Below are positions 62,446 to 64,000 of a DNA stretch of 64,000 bases, one piece after another. Position numbers and translations under genes: made by a program. How positions within the stretch are numbered: position 1 is the stretch's first letter; each line of letters begins with the position of its first letter. The notes beneath the pieces are model-generated. The model did not search any database, was not told the DNA's origin, and saw only the letters and a list, made by a program, of their open reading frames with translations. The DNA is from Octopus sinensis. Its lineage: Eukaryota. The stretch spans positions 89,218,001 to 89,282,000 of the forward strand of contig NC_043003.1 in assembly GCF_006345805.1 (NCBI RefSeq). The letters are read 5' to 3'.

Positions 62446-64000
62446 AACTTCATGCATTGTTCATCTTTCACATCTTACAGTATGCGTTATAACAACTTTT
62501 ATCATCACAACTGCTGACTTCGACACCACATCATATTGTTCACAAATCAATCTCACCCGTTACATTTATATAAATTTGATGCACAATATATGGATTTATA
62601 TAATCCAGTAGTAATCACAAAAGAAGCTTCTGTAGTAGACTCAGCTACAAACAATATAGTAAACCAATACATAGGTATAATGTAGAGTCCTATGCAGTTG
62701 AAATCCAGTATATCCAATCAGTGAAAATTATTTCATAAAGTGTATATAGAATATAAAGAAAATCAGAAGGCCTAAGATGAATATATTTATTTATTTCCAT
62801 AGGATGATGATTGTTTCACAGCCAACATCATGTGAAAATAATGAATTATTTTACATATCTGCACTAGTTTGTATACTATAAATTGCATAATATTATTGTA
62901 CATTTTAGAAACGAATGCAGATATACAAGGTTAGTTCTTCAGATCAGCAGAATATCAGTATACTGGAGTTGAAAATTGATGTAACCATGATATATTTATC
63001 TTCAAAAAGTCAGCGTATTTTCTTAGAATGTCTGCTTTCAGGTAGACATTCCTCAATTTTGATGCAAAATGTTTGATGGAACTTGCTAAACAGTCTACAT
63101 CAAACAGAATGTTCACATCTATCCTCTTGTCTCCAGACCTCCCACCACATAAGCAAACTGATTTTTCCTTAATGGCATGTTAATTCTGATGAATTGATGA
63201 ATTTTTTTTCCAGATTATCTACCCTACTTGTTCACATTACTATTAGCTGTTTGTTTAACCTCTCTTGAATTAGCACAACATTAATATATACTTTGTAAAA
63301 ACATAGCAACAAAGTTTTAGTAAATCATTGCATAAAACTAAACCTAAATGTAGTAAAAAACAAAAAGACTTTAACTGAAATGTTAGTTATATTATTTCCT
63401 CCAAAACCCTCTGTAACATATCACATTTTAAAAATATTTACTATATTGAATCTTGCCATAGCGATTGCATATATAAGCTCTAATATATATGGACATTTTC
63501 TGATTCTCTAACAAGAAAGAAAAATTTATATAGAATGGATGGTATAAAGGCAAGGGAGCACATCAGAACTATTATGAATAACTAATTTAGGGTTGAAAGT
63601 TGTAATGGTTAACTTCCAGCTGTCCATTTGGACTTTCATTACTTTTAGAATATGAAAAATAAAATTCCAGATCTATTTAGTAGGAATCTGGATGTTTGCT
63701 ATAGGGGTTCTGATCCTGAGCCCAAACTTTCCTAGAATAATTCTTTCTAATTTTGGCAGAAAGCTAATAATTTTGAGGGAAGAGAAATGCTAATTACATC
63801 AATCCTAGGAACCAACTGATTTTAATGAGCCCAAAAAGATGAAAGACAAATTTGACCCTGGCTGCATTTGAACTCAGAATGTAAAGAGCTAGAAGAAATA
63901 CTGTTGAGCATTTTGTCCTGCATGGTAATGATTCAGCCAGTTCACCATTCTAACCTTCCGAGAGTAATGAACTTACATTCTGTCTGGAATAATAAACATC

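Noticed and set aside
62900-63170. Short stop-free frames that might be upstream GILT exons
   Set aside because: No GILT motifs (CXXC, CQHG..EC) and no convincing splice pair
63969-64000. Possible donor GAAT|gtaagt on the minus strand at the window edge
   Set aside because: Too little upstream sequence to evaluate, and the phase-0 translation is not GILT-like

Overview
Repeat-dense, AT-rich animal genomic DNA, most likely a cephalopod (Octopus-like); this assignment is inferred from the RTE LINE/(GAT)n tails, tRNA-derived SINEs and mariner/Helentron repertoire. The only host gene I can support is the 3' end of a GILT/IFI30-like thiol reductase on the minus strand (two exons, 59474-59686 and 57805-57849). 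Most of the rest is recognisable transposon sequence. It includes three copies of a compact ~4 kb Gypsy-order LTR retrotransposon group (A 2102-6157, B 19238-23178, internally deleted C 49254-51079, all with 5-bp TSDs), a CsRn1-type Gypsy relic with a tRNA-Trp PBS, several RTE LINEs and a CR1/L2-group LINE fragment. It also holds several Penelope-like element relics, Tc1/mariner elements (DD34D and DD37D), a long-TIR MITE, Helentron-like elements, SINEs and microsatellites. The most striking observations are: (1) the compact LTR elements lack a TGG PBS and instead carry a 12-nt site complementary to the 5' end (nt 1-12) of tRNA-Phe, conserved across two families with unrelated LTRs, which suggests priming by a 5' tRNA fragment; (2) a set of type I hammerhead ribozymes, including a G3-C8 covariant core and a U4C variant; (3) several local rearrangement scars (fold-back palindromes, a templated insertion, telomeric repeats at an inversion breakpoint). 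All calls were made by eye, without searches.
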